A stretch of DNA of 64,000 bases from assembly GCA_038496445.1 (NCBI GenBank), contig JALMLS010000027.1, forward strand, positions 220,552 through 284,551, read 5' to 3'. The notes beneath the pieces are model-generated. The model did no database searches, was not told the DNA's origin, and was given only the letters and a program-made list of their open reading frames with translations. The DNA is from Trichosphaerium sp. ATCC 40318. Taxonomy: Eukaryota > Protista > Tubulinea. Numbering within the stretch: the first letter of the stretch is position 1; the number at the start of each line of letters is the position of its first letter. Position numbers and translations under genes: made by a program. Below are positions 13,045 to 25,434 of this stretch, piece by piece.

Positions 13045-15604
13045 CTATCCGAGTCTCACGATACCAGCGGCTATCAATGTCTCTATTTTCTTGGCTACGA
13101 TTGGATCTTTCAAATGGCTAGAGAAAAGAGAAATAAGCGATAAGAAAGCAACATAACAGTATCACATGTACATAAAACAAACACAACAAATTCTTGTAGT
13201 TTTTTTTGTGATAGTTGTAGACAAAAAGTTTGAGCAGGGCTACAATCGCTTTTAAACGTTGAAGTATAACCCATTTCTGGTTTAAAATAATATGTTTAGC
13301 AGGGACGTACACTGCAGCGGCGTTAGGATCGTTTTTCATGTCTTGAAGTGCTTTTTGAATGACAGGGTCACGCAAGATTTTCTAAAGCGAAGTGAGTAAC
13401 TAATTGATTTTTTTCTTGTTTTAGAATCAAGGTACCTGGATTTCTGGATCTTGCATAGCGGCTTGAGCAGCTTGCTCGTTTCCACCACCACCTTGCATCA
13501 TCTGAATGGCCATCATAGCTTTTTGTCTACCTTGTTGCATTTCCTAGTGACAAAGCTTAGAATTTTGAAGAAGCACAGTGCTTATTGACATACTCTGTTT
13601 GTTGGATCAATAGCAAGCCCCTTATCGTATACAGTCAGGCATTTGTAGTATTCCTTCTTCATTTCATATACGTAACCCTTTCTAATGTATGATTTCACTA
13701 ATAAATTATTAGTACAACAAAATAGAAACGACTGTCACAGATAAAAAAAAAGTTTGAAAAACATACAGTATTTTGGATCAATCTCTATAGCTTTGTCACA
13801 ATCCTTGATAGCTTCAGGGTATGCCATCAATTTAGTGTATGCAGCAGCACGATTTGAATAAGGCACGCAATTGTTAGGATCACGTTTAATGGCCTAAAAT
13901 AAAGTCAATACATAAATTAAACACTAGTCAAAGCGGTTAAAAAAACGAACCTCAGTGTACTCTTTCACTGCTTCTGGGTACTGACCACCTTTGAAAAAAT
14001 CGTTACCTCTCTTTTTGGCTGCGAGAGAGAGTTCTGGATCAATGTAAGCTAGCTTTTTCTTCTCCTCCCAAATCTTTTCAGCCTAAAATGAAAAAGGTCA
14101 GTTTGAGGTTTTGCTTTTGAAAAAAAAATTCATTAATGCCTTTTTCAAAGCTGAAAGAGTTCTGGCGTTTCTGTCATCAGTAAGTGCATTTTTATAAGCT
14201 TCAATTGCTTTTTCGTATTCCTCTTTCTTCATGAGAGCATTACCAATACGATGAGTAGCCCTATTAGAAAGCCAATAAGTCAACTGGTTTTTTTTTCAAA
14301 AGCAAAAAAAGGCAAAAATCTTACTTGGCGCGAAGGGCGAAGTCTGCGTAGTTTTTCTTGCCAACAGCAAGGGCTTCTTCACAATCAGCGATACAAGTAT
14401 CATAATCACCTTTTTCAAAGTGAACAGCAGCTCTACAAAACCGATTTAGCACTACGTTGCTTCATTATAACATCATACCTGTTGGACAAAAATACCATGT
14501 TCGTTGAATCAGTCTCAAAAGCTTTTGTGTACCATTCAATAGCCTCATCAAACTTTCTTGCCTTGTAAGCAACGTTTCCCTTTTGTTTTAATTCTTGGGA
14601 TGCTTGTTGCTCTGCAGTCAACTCAACCTTTGTTTCTTCTTTTTTTTCTACTTTAGCTGGTTTTTTTTCTGGTTTTTTGAGTTTATCCCAACCGGCTTGA
14701 TTCCAGTATAAAGCGGCTTGAATATACGTCTGGATTTGAATATCTTGTATATACCTGTATTCAAAATTAGACCTCCAAGAGTAAAAGTAACGATATGTGG
14801 CAACAAACTTAAAAGTTTTTGGATTTTAAAAGGTTTTTTTTGTAAACGCACTCTGAAACTTTTTGAGGGCTTCCTTGAATGGTACGGAGCTTTGTGATAA
14901 ATGCTTTATCCTTAGCGAATGTTTGGGTTTGAGGCATCATCAACGCACGCTCTTCAACATCACCTTGGATACACGTAAGTTGTCACCTCAACAAAAGATT
15001 TTTATCAAATTTTGTTTGTTTTAAATGCGCGTACCGCTGAATGCTATTGGTAGTTGGCTGTAAAAGTTCTTGGTAGCTTCTTCCCTTTGCTTTTTGGTTT
15101 TGTTAAGCAACTCTTGGCATTGCATAAACTTCGCTCTGATGGTTTGATTGTTTGGGTCAATTTGAAGGCCTTTGGCGACGGTTTAGTAATTTTTGTGTTG
15201 TTAGCGTTGTACCCTTCTGGAAAGAAGCGATGGCATCTTCGTAATGCTCTGTTAGCTGTAGAGCTGTACCGCGTCTGGAATAGCCCTGGATACATTAAAA
15301 CACGAGAATAAGCACGTATTAGCGTACTTTTGGCCAGTCAGGTTTCAATTTGATGACCATATCAGCGTCCTCCAAGGCTTTGTCATAAGCGCCACTGCTT
15401 GCATGCGCTCCTGATCTGTTACTGTAGTAGACATGATTTGTTCCATCAAGTTTGATCGCTCCTGTAAAGTAGCTGACAGCTTGTCGGAAGTCTCCTTTAG
15501 CAAAAGAAGCGTTTCCCTTTTTTTTTAACTCTAATGCCTTTGGTGGGTTAGAAAATGTAACGTAGTACTCCTATTACTTGTGCTTTTGCCTCTGCGGTTG
15601 CCAT
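13045..15604 (-). CDS. STI1: Hsp70/Hsp90 organizing protein (TPR1-DP1-TPR2A-TPR2B-DP2)
   Basis: ALELKKKGNASF...YYSNRS...LKPDWPK; ELKQKGNVAYKARKFDEAIEWY; YIDPELSLAAKKRGNDFFK; AMQDPEIQKILRDPVIQKALQDMKNDP; C-terminus LIAAGIVRLG*. Confidence 0.95.
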
Positions 15605-15878
15605 AGGTGTCTTTCTCCGTTTCAACTACAAAAAAAGGCGAGTTTCACGCGAATTTCACCAAGTTTTTCTCCTTCTTTCCGAAGCGCTGGGATAACTACT
15701 TCAAAGTATAATTCTCAAGGTTACGGTAGAATACGCGCCAAGAACTAGTATGAGCCTGTTAAACAACTATTAACCAATGTAACTAAGTCGTTAACCGATT
15801 GAGTATTGGCAACTTGCCATTCAAACAAAAGGTGGATAAACATCCGTTTTTAATACAGTACAATCCGCTACAAAAATG

Positions 15879-16836
15879 CTAGTTCGACCCTGGCAAATGT
15901 ACGCTTATGCTCAAATAGTCACCAGTTTTGAATCTAAGATCTTTTAGCGACCTGTCGCTTCCGTTTCTCGTTGGTGTAGAGCCTACAGGTTCTCTAAATC
16001 TTGTTAAACCATTCCTAAAGTAGTCAGATATATCGCTAGTACTACAATACGGGTGGAGAGTTTGTCCATGGATATGTAAACAAACAATAAACAAAAGCAT
16101 GCTAGTACCTTGGATCTGGGTACATGAAGCGAAAGCCAAATCTGGCTTGTCTGTTCCTCGCCTCAACATTCACTTTCTTTACAAGATCGGTAACTTCGCG
16201 TAAAGTAGCGTCCTAATAAATCATAAGATAAAAAAAGAGGTGTCACTATTTTGAGTCAAAATGTCGTGCCATCCATGTGTAAATCTGAACTTCGGATTCT
16301 TCTGGTAGTTTGCCATCAAAGTCAGACTCTCTACGACGGTATTTAGCGTATTGTTGCTGTGAACATAATTTTTATTTTATTCAACGTACTTGTGGTGGTT
16401 TCCAACTTTGAGAAATACGCGTAATAGAAGGGGACATGTCTGTTAAAACAATTAATTGGTGGCGTTTTTGTGATAACTCTTTGAACTTGCCTTTTCTCTG
16501 TCAACCTTGAAATTGGTAGCATTACGTGTAGCAAAGACCTTTCTGCCTCTATTTGGTGGTGCTCGCCTACAAAACACGATTTTAATTAACTTCAACGCTG
16601 GCAGTGTACCTATCACCGCCCATGCGCCTATCAGCCGGTCTGCCACCTCTAAAATCTCTTCTGTCTCTGTCCCTCCTGTTATCCCTCATATCTCTGTCTG
16701 ATTGCCATCTACCACCTCGTGGGCCTCCTTTATCACCACGAAAGCCTCTATCGCGTGTCGGCCCTCTATCGCGCCTATCATCTCTCCTATCATCCCTGCG
16801 ATAATTGTCCCTGTCGTTTCTACCACGGTACGACAT
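15879..16836 (-). CDS. SAP18: Sin3-associated / ASAP-complex protein SAP18 with RD/RG-rich N-terminal extension
   Basis: KVDREKTCPFLLRVFLKVGNHH, EVQIYTW-DATLREVTDLVK, LKDLRFKTGDYLSISV are SAP18 signatures. Confidence 0.92.
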
Positions 16837-17150
16837 TTTGTAGTGGCTTAAGCTCAAGCTGTTATTCCGTTAAGCAGCTAATTCGTCATACCCTTTTGTT
16901 ACAACACCTCCAATCTTGTACGTACACATCTTCATTCATCCCAACGAATACGCGTTTACTGGAGCACCGCTTTTTTTTTGCTGGCATTTTACGTGTTCCC
17001 CAACGAAAACGTTCGTAAATATGTTCCTGAAATCACTCTTATGGTGTAATTTCGTTTCTTTAAATTGAGGGGAACGAACAGTTTACCACTACTTTCTTAT
17101 TGCATATTTTATTGTCGTTATGGGCTGTACACCTAATATGTATTCAGAAA

Positions 17151-18825
17151 ATGGCAAGACAAGCTCCTTTAAAACCTTGGCAAACTGGTAGCGCTGATGG
17201 CCCTCCTACAGCTACTAGCGCGTTAGCTCTTCAGTCCCCGAGCGCTATGAGCGCTGCTGGAAGCACCAGTCCAGCAATTCCTGCTCGCGATGGTACAGGC
17301 GTCTCGCCTGGTTTTTCCACGTATGGTGGTAGCTACAATACAGCAGGCATGCTAACACGTTTGCCACATTTTGTTAATTATTCAGCAGGTGGATACGGAA
17401 GTAGTTACGGCAGTAGATATGGCAGTGGGTATGGTGGCTATGGCGGTGGTACGTAATATTACAATTCTTCCATTACATTGGGAAATACGAGTTTCCTTGT
17501 TTTTTTTTTTTGGTTTGGCGATTATTACTTTTTTTTGGCTTATTTCTTATTTCAAGGCCTCTCGAGCTATGGTGGCGGGTATAATCGATTTGGTAGTTCT
17601 TATGGAGGCTATGGCAGTAGCTATGGTAGCAGGTATGGCGGTGGTTACGGAAGTAGTTTTGGAAGCAGTTATGGCGGTGGTTATGGTGGTGGCTATGGAA
17701 GTAGTTATGGCGGTTACGGCGGTGGCTATGGTGGTTATGGCGGCGGAATGATGCAAAATGGACAAATGGGTCCTCAGGGTGGCATGATGCAAAACGGTGT
17801 ACGTAGTATTATATTAATCTAACAGTGCTTTTTCACATAAGAGCCTATTCAGTTTTTTTTTGTTAAAACCCTTCTACTCGTCAGCGTCTACGTGTCATTT
17901 ATTTATTTTTTTTTAATTTTATTCTAGATGGTACAACGCGGTATGGGATGGCTACAACAAATTGAATCTGTCACAACAAATGTTGGCCGATTTTCTTGGC
18001 TTTTGGACACAAACTTTCAAGCTGTTCATGGTTCCTTTACTTCTATTCTACAATTAATAGAAGGAGTCACAATACTCACTAGAGAGCTCGGTTGCACTTT
18101 CTCGAGCATTTTCATAATTAAACTATTCTACGCGGGTTTACGACGTATAATCAATATGGTAATGAAAGCAATGGGCGCTAAAGAGGAGTTTAACCTCAAA
18201 GCGTTCGAAAAATTTTCAGAAGAGTCAAATGTGGCTGCTTCAGCTGGTGGAAAGCCTAAACCAAAGAACAAAGCATACTGGGCTTCTATTTTCGTTACAA
18301 TTGGCGTTTTTTGTATTGGTGGACCTCTTTTGATTGGAATAATTGAAGGTATAATTAACCGCGTACGTGGTGGTAAAAAATCAGGTTCAATGGATAAAGC
18401 TTGGGGAAAAGGTGAAAGAATGAGGTACATAATACAAATACACGTGTAAAATTTTTTTATTTTTCCCAGCCGAAAAAGCACACTTGACTGATTTTTATTT
18501 CGAATTTTTCGACTTTTTGAATGAAATAAATGACTGGAAAAATTGTTAAAACTCTTTTGTAGAGCTCAACATGATTATCGTGCTCAGCGACGTGATGAGT
18601 TGGAATTTAGAGCAGGTGAAGTTATAGTGATAAAAGGTATGCAAAGCTTTTTTTTTTTTTTTTTTGGTGTTTTATTAATCTTCTTTGTTAGAAAAACCTT
18701 TTGATAAATGGTGGGTTGGTGAAATTGAAGGTGTCATGCCACCTCGGGTGGGACTTGTACCTTCGACTTTGTTGAGTCCAATTGTAGAAACTGTTAAAGT
18801 AGAACCTGTAGAGCCTGTAAAATAA
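17151..18825 (+). CDS. PEX13: Peroxisomal membrane docking protein Pex13
   Basis: N-terminal PLKPW, YG/YGG-repeat region, [28 protein letters not shown] segment ending GGPLL, C-terminal SH3 ([19 protein letters not shown]...WWVGE...GLVPS). Confidence 0.93.
17568..17746 (+). repeat. Coding low-complexity Tyr-Gly repeat of Pex13
   Basis: Repeated tatggtggc/tatggc units encoding YGG/YGSS. Confidence 0.85.
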
Positions 18826-19612
18826 GAAAATTACTGTTTACTACGCTGTTTGTTTGTTTGCTATTCTCCACAATGTTGTACGTGTTAAAAAACTGGTGAT
18901 TTACAAAGGGTGTAGTAGATGTTCTCTATCATAGGGTCCAAGTGAGGGCGTAAATGAGGCAATAAAACCTATTGCTATCGGTCAATATTAATGTAATGTC
19001 TGTATTCGATATTGGATTCTGAGATGCGAAGTTGTGAAGTAGTAAATCAGCCAAAAGAAAAAACTGAAATTTCGCTAAAAATACACGTAATGAAAATTGT
19101 AAGCAAAAATCGTGGAGTATCCAAGTTTTTAATTAAAAAGTGTATTTACAATAGAAACTGATGTATGTACTCACGCGTATTTAGCGTCATCGCTAGTGCT
19201 TCTAATCTTATGTCAAGTTAAAAACACGGAAAATAGCCTATTTCGGTTTAGAAGTCACACAACCAACAAATAACTAGTAAACTAGTATATTTCTCCTTCT
19301 ATCCCTAAAGTAGAGTTGTGTTAGCTATCACTTAATATGACTACACTTCATCTGTCACGTGATCACAGTTGTTAGGACAACATCGTACAGGTTGATAAAA
19401 CCTTGGAAGCAGTACAAAAAGCACGTGGTTAGCATTTTATAGAAACTTCGCGTCGCTTAAACATTTCCAGCTCAAGGAGAAATTCGAAGTGTCCTCTGTT
19501 CACAAGTATTTGGCTTAGCTTGGATTAAGTTTTTTAAGTCATTATTTTTAGCGAAACAACATTATGACCACCTGACGGCAAATCAAACGAGCCCAAAAGG
19601 GGGGAAGCGATA

Positions 19613-22545
19613 ATGTCCAACCTGAGGGGAGGTCGCAAGAAAGCGTCAAATAAGCGCAAAGCTCCAAAAGCGCCACTATCCACCAGAAGGGCAGCAAAAA
19701 AGCAAAAGCACTTGACAGTGGCGTCAGTGATGACTAAATTTCCGCGAAGGGAGCTGCGCGCCATTTGTTCTGCTCTAAAGTTGAGTACAAAAGGCCGTAC
19801 CGCTCAACAATTAGTTGATACCATTGAACAGCATCCTAAAACACGTACGGTAGCCTTTTTTTAGTACTTTTTTTTTTTTTTTTGCGTTTAATGACACTTA
19901 TTGATCAATAACCGTTATTCTAGTCCAATTGAAGCGTTTGAAGGTGCCAGAATTAAAGGATCTATGTAGAAGCCTTGAAGTGCCAATTGGTAAAAAAGTA
20001 AAGGCGCAATTGGCCGTTAGTCTCCTAACAAAGTATAAACGTACGCTTTTTTTTTTACCGCGGATTTTTCAAACTGCCGCGTGTTTTTGAAAAACGGTTC
20101 AAAAAAATACCTGGAATTACTTGTTGTGTTGCCTTCTAATCAATGCTCTGTAGTACCCAAACCGGCCATTCGACCAAGAGTAACCAAGGGATCAACCCCA
20201 ACTTCCCAAGCTCTTGCCGGTAAAGTAAAAAAAAGGCGCAAATGTCGCCGAATCATCAAAATAAAACGAACTCGTAAGACTCCAGGCTCGTCTACACGTG
20301 CCACAAGCGAACAAAAAGCCTCGAGATCCACTGGTCCAATCGCACCCGCATCTCCACTGAACATATCTGTCAGTAGGCGGTCAAGTGGAAGCTCAACTGA
20401 TTCAATATCATACAACGCATCTGATTCTCCAGAAACTACCAAATCTAAGCGCCTTCGACAGGTGGTCATCACAAATGAGGGTTATGAACAAGAAAAGAGC
20501 GTGAATAATGCAATTCTTATGAGCGAGATTCGAAAATTGAAAGCGAAAGATGCTCAAAGAGACGCGAAAGATGCTGAAAGAGACGCGAAAGATGCTGAAC
20601 GAGATGCTGAAGTGCGTGCCACAAAGGCGCTGGCGAAATCAAATGAATATGCAATTGCATTGATAAAACTGCGAAAGGACCACCTCCATTCTCTCTCAAT
20701 ATTGAGTACGCTCAGTTTTTTGACCACTCTTTTTTTTGTGATAACACGTGTACTCAAATGACACTCACACTTAATTTTATTGTAGAGTACTCAGAACTGT
20801 ACAGTAAATTCGACAACCTTGGAGATATACTATTCAAGGAGAACTCATGGTTCGACGGTTCATGTTTGAAGTATTTTCGCGGACTGCCTAAAAACGTGTT
20901 CGCAAAGATGCTCAAGCAACAAACAGCCACAAAAACCACAGATAAACCAAAGAAAACCTGGCAACAAAAGGAAGACTACCTCACCGAGAAAACTGTTGAA
21001 CTGTTGAACAAGGGTAATACGTCTGATTACATGATGGCTTTTGACGCCAAAAGTAACCACACATTTCCAAAAACATCTACGCACGGTTTTGCCAAACCAG
21101 ACATTCTCCTGGCACCTAGAAACCTTGGTATTACGTTGCCAACATCGTATCAGATTATAGTACCATGGGAGGTGAAGTTGGTTGTGGGACAATCCAAAGG
21201 TTTTGAACCAGCAAAACTCGGACAAATAATGTACGGACTTCTTTTTTCTTCTCTTTTGTGTGCATTGTTGACCTAGTTCTAGGATGTATTGTATTCGTGT
21301 CATGTCTGCTCAGCCAACACGTACATCAGTGACAGCAGTTATTTCAAATGAAAAATACGTCCAGTTCTTGCGTATGGAGTGGGACGGCATAACTGCAAAA
21401 GGCGATAAATTCTATTTTACAGAAGTTTATGATTTTGTTGGTAAAGACTCTGAGGGTGCAAAGATGATCAACCAACTCATGGCATGCTCTCCTGAGCAAC
21501 TTGGATGGACCGTACCTCAGTTTAAAATCGGTGGGACTTACTATGCAGCAACGAATATTCTTGGTAAAGGTGCATCAGCATCTGTCTACCAGGTCCGAGC
21601 AGATGATAAGACTTATGCTGTAAAACATCTCCTTCCAAAGTACCTGCCAGAGGCGAAACATGAAGTGAAAATACTCAATAAGCTAAAGCCATGTGAGGAT
21701 GCTCATGTTCCAACAGTAGCACGTACCTCTTGGAAACCTGGAAGACAAGTACGTTTTGGTTTTTTATTCTTGATTGGAAAGTTTTGTGTTTTTTTTCCTT
21801 GTTTGTACTGACGTTGTTACCAGAACCCTAACAAGATATTTTTCGTATCTGAACCCGTGGGTCAAGTGCTGAGCGCAGATGAATTCTCTATTACAGGCCT
21901 CGTGTGCTCATTTTCATCTCTTGTTAAGACACTACAGGCTGCACACAATTTAGGATTTGTACACAGGTATGCTCATTCACGTGGGTTTTTCTTATCTTGA
22001 ACTTATTATGTCCTCTTAATTAACTCTTTTTCTCTTTCAGGGATATCTCACTTACAAACGTGATATGGTTTGAAAATGAGTTGTATATTATTGACTGGGC
22101 ATGTGCTGCTAAAAAAGGTGTGGAAGTTCTGTTCCAAGGCAACGTTCTGTTTGCACCTTCAAAATTGTGTCTGGAGTACAAACGTGATGTCAAATTTACT
22201 CCACGACCATGGCACGATCTCGTATCCCTTGTCAAGATGTATGCATACTTGACACTACCAAGGCAAGCTCGTATCGAGTGTTTTATTGAACCATTCGAAC
22301 AAATTGATTGGGTTACAGATCCACAACGTAGTTTTGCTGCCCAAAAGAAACTTAGTATGAATTGGGAAAATTTACTCCCTTATTTCAAAATACCTATGGC
22401 GTATGCACAAAAAACAGACTATGCCAAACTTGGAGCATGGTTTGATGAGAAGTTTATGTGGAGTAACCTTAAGACCGTCACTGATGAAGACGTGAATAAT
22501 GCCACATATGATGAAGGAAAACCAATTGGTCAGCGATTTTCCTAG
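19613..22545 (+). CDS. Crinkler/CR-type effector-like protein, copy A: basic NLS + 2x SAP/HeH + coiled-coil repeat + PD-(D/E)xK nuclease + protein kinase
   Basis: Exons 19613-19844, 19924-20040, 20154-20705, 20786-21230, 21283-21748, 21824-21966, 22041-22545, all in frame. SAP-like RRELRAICSALKLSTKG...QQLVDTI and LKRLKVPELKDLCRSLEVPIG..KAQL. REase AKPDILL...WEVK...LGQ. Kinase LGKGASASVY, YAVK, HEV, VHRDISLTNV, IIDWA, HDLVSLV. Confidence 0.85.
20543..20605 (+). repeat. 21-bp coding tandem repeat (AKDA[Q/E]RD x3)
   Basis: gcgaaagatgct(c/g)aa(a/c)gaga(c/t) three times; an expanded/rearranged version occurs in copy B at ~24935-25110. Confidence 0.9.
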
Positions 22546-23006
22546 CTTGTAAAATAGATTGATAGATTTTGGATTGATAATAACACACATTGTAAATATT
22601 GTTTTCTTCACCCTATTAAATAAACTTATCACCCAAAGTATCTTGAAATGACTAGTGGTTTGTTGTATTCTGGTAACCGTGTACGAGATTTTTAACAGGA
22701 AATACTAACTACAATAGGGTGGCGTGGGAAAGTACGTGTATGGAACAAGCTAGGTACATTTCTTCCATCTTACATAAAATAAAAATGCTGGTTGGATTCT
22801 ATTTGGTTTTTATTCCACGATAACCGAGTCTGTTTTTATTTTTTATAACCTACATGATTTTTTTGAATCTTCACACTGAAAATAAACGCATAGTTTGAAT
22901 CCCATCACCGAAAATAAATACACAGTTTATTCGATAAGGTGAAAAAACCCCAATATTTACAATGTGTGTTATTATCAATCCAAAATCCATCAATCTATTT
23001 TACAAG

Positions 23007-25434
23007 CTAGGAAAATCGCTGACCAATTGGTTTTCCTTCATCATATGTGGTATTATTCACGTCTTCAGCAGTAACAGCCTTAATATTACTCCACATAAAC
23101 TTCTCATCAAACCATGCTCCAAGTTTGGCATAGTCTGTTTTTTGTGCATACGCCATAGGTACTTTGAAATAAGGGAGTAAATTTTCCCAATTCATACTTA
23201 TCATCTTTTGGGCAGTAGAACTACGTTGTGGATCTGTATTCCAATCAATTTGTTCGAATGGTTCAATAAAACACTCAATACGAGCTTGCCTTGGTAGTGT
23301 CAAGTATGCATACATCTTGACAAGGGATACAAGATCGTGCCATGGTCGTGGAGTAAATTTGACATTGCGTCTGTACTCGATACACAATTTTGAAGGTGCA
23401 AATAGAACGTTGCCTTGGAACAGAACTTCCACACCTTTTTTGGTAGCACACGCCCAGTCAATAATATACAACTCATTTTCAAACCATATCACGTTTGTAA
23501 GTGAGATATCCCTGAAAGAAAAAAAGAGTTAATTAAGAGCATAATAAGTTCAAGATAAGAAAAACCCACGTGAATGAGCATACCTGTGTACAAATCCTAA
23601 ATTGTGTGCAGCCTGTAGTGTCTTAACAAGAGATGAAAATGAGCACACGAGGCCTGTAATAGAGAATTCATCTGCGCTCAGCACTTGACCCACTGGTTCA
23701 GATACGAAAAATATCTTGTTAGGGTTCTGGTAACAATGTCAGTACAAACAAGAAAGAAGGAAAAGAAAGAAAAAAACCAAACGTACTTGTCTTCCAGGTT
23801 TCCATGATGTACATGCTACTGTTGGAACATGAGCATTCTCATACGGCTTTAACTTATTGAGTATGTCCACTTCATGTTTCGCCTCCTCCAGGAATTGTGG
23901 AAAGAGATGTTTCACAGCATAAGTCTTATCATCTGCTCGGACCTGGTAGACAGATGCTGATGCACCTTTACCAAGAATATTCGTTGCTGCATAGTAAGTC
24001 CCACCGATTTTAAACTGAGGTACGGTCCATCCAAGTTCCTCAGGAGAGCATGCCATGAGGTGGTTGATCATCTTTGCACCCTCAGAGTCTTTACCAACAA
24101 AATCATAAACTTCTGTAAAATAGAATTTATCGCCTTTTGCAGTTATGCCGTCCCACTCCATACGCAAGAACTGGACGTATTTCTCATTTGAAATAACTGC
24201 TGTCACTGATGTACGTGTTGGCTGAGCAGACATGACACGAATACAATACATCCTAGAAACTATGTTAGCAACACACAAAAGAAAAAGCAAAAAAGTGACA
24301 TTCAGGAGGTCATACATTATTTGTCCAAGTTTTGCTGGTTCGAATGTTTTGGATTGTCCCACAACCAACTTCACCTCCCATGGTACTATAATCTGATACG
24401 ATGTTGGAAACGTAATACCAAGGTTTCTAGGTGCCAGAAGAATGTCTGGTTTAGCAAAACCGTGCGTAGATGTTTTTGGAAATGTGTGGTTACTTTTGGC
24501 ATCAAAAGCCATCATGTAATCAGACGTATTACCCTTGTTCAACAGTTCAACAGTTTTCTCGGTGAGGTAGTCTTCCTTTTGTTGCCAGGTTTTCTTTGGT
24601 TTATCTGTGGTTTTTGTGGCTGTTTGTTGCTTGAGCATCTTTGCGAACACGTTTTTAGGCAGTCCGCGAAAATACTTCAAACATGAACCGTCGAACCATG
24701 AGTTCTCCTTGAATAGTATATCTCCAAGGTCGTCGAATTTACTGTACAGTTCTGAGTACTCTACAATAAAATTAAGTGTGAGTGTCATTTGAGTACACGT
24801 GGTACAAAAAAAAGAGTGGGGTCAAAAAACTGAGCGTACTCATTATTGAGAGAGAATGGAGGTGGTTCTTTCGCAGTCTTATCAATGCAACTGCAGCGTC
24901 AAGTCCGTTTAATCGTGCCTCTGTGATCTTCTCTCTCGCGTCCCTTTCAGCATCTTTCGCGTCTCTTTCAGCATCTCTTGCATCTCTTTCAGCATCTCTT
25001 TGAGCATCTTTCGCTTTCAATTTTCGAATCTCGCTCGTAATAATTTCACGTTGTGCATCTTTTGCATCTCTTGCTACATCTTTCGCTTTCAATTTTCGAA
25101 TCTCGCTCATAATAATTTCATCCATACTCCTTTCTTGTTCACAACCCTCATCATATGGTATTGAACCAGTTGAGCTTCCACTATATTTATTTGACAGACC
25201 TACGCGTGTGGTAGGACTAGTTGGCCTCAAGGTCTTTGGTGTGTGCGTAATACGGCGTTTAGTTGGACAAGTTCGTTTTATTTTGATGATTCGGCGGCCT
25301 TTGTTTGCCAAATGTAGGGCAGGTGTTTTGGTTGCCTTTTTTTGCTTTTTGGCGAGCCTGTCGGTGTTTAGTGGCGCTTTTGGGGCTTTGCGCTTATTTA
25401 ACGCTTTCTTGCGAGTTTCTCTGAGTTTGGACAT
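23007..25434 (-). CDS. Crinkler/CR-type REase + kinase protein, copy B (lacks the SAP/HeH exons)
   Basis: Inverted paralogue of copy A with the same intron positions in the REase/kinase part and intact PD..EVK..Q and HRDISLTN/DWA motifs; shorter, divergent N-terminus. Confidence 0.85.

Noticed and set aside
16582-17822. Overlapping antisense/alternate-frame ORFs over SAP18 and PEX13
   Set aside because: Shadows of low-complexity coding sequence.
19411-19427. 17-bp outer inverted match as a DNA-transposon TIR
   Set aside because: No clean target-site duplication and no transposase. Better explained as a conserved upstream motif (contains CACGTG) of the duplicated gene.
20543-20605. Regular repeats as a CRISPR array
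   Set aside because: No spacers; in-frame coding minisatellite in a eukaryotic gene.
22888-22910. gtttgaatcccatcaccg, tRNA 3'-end-like, in the inverted-repeat spacer
   Set aside because: No acceptor, D or anticodon arms can be built upstream.
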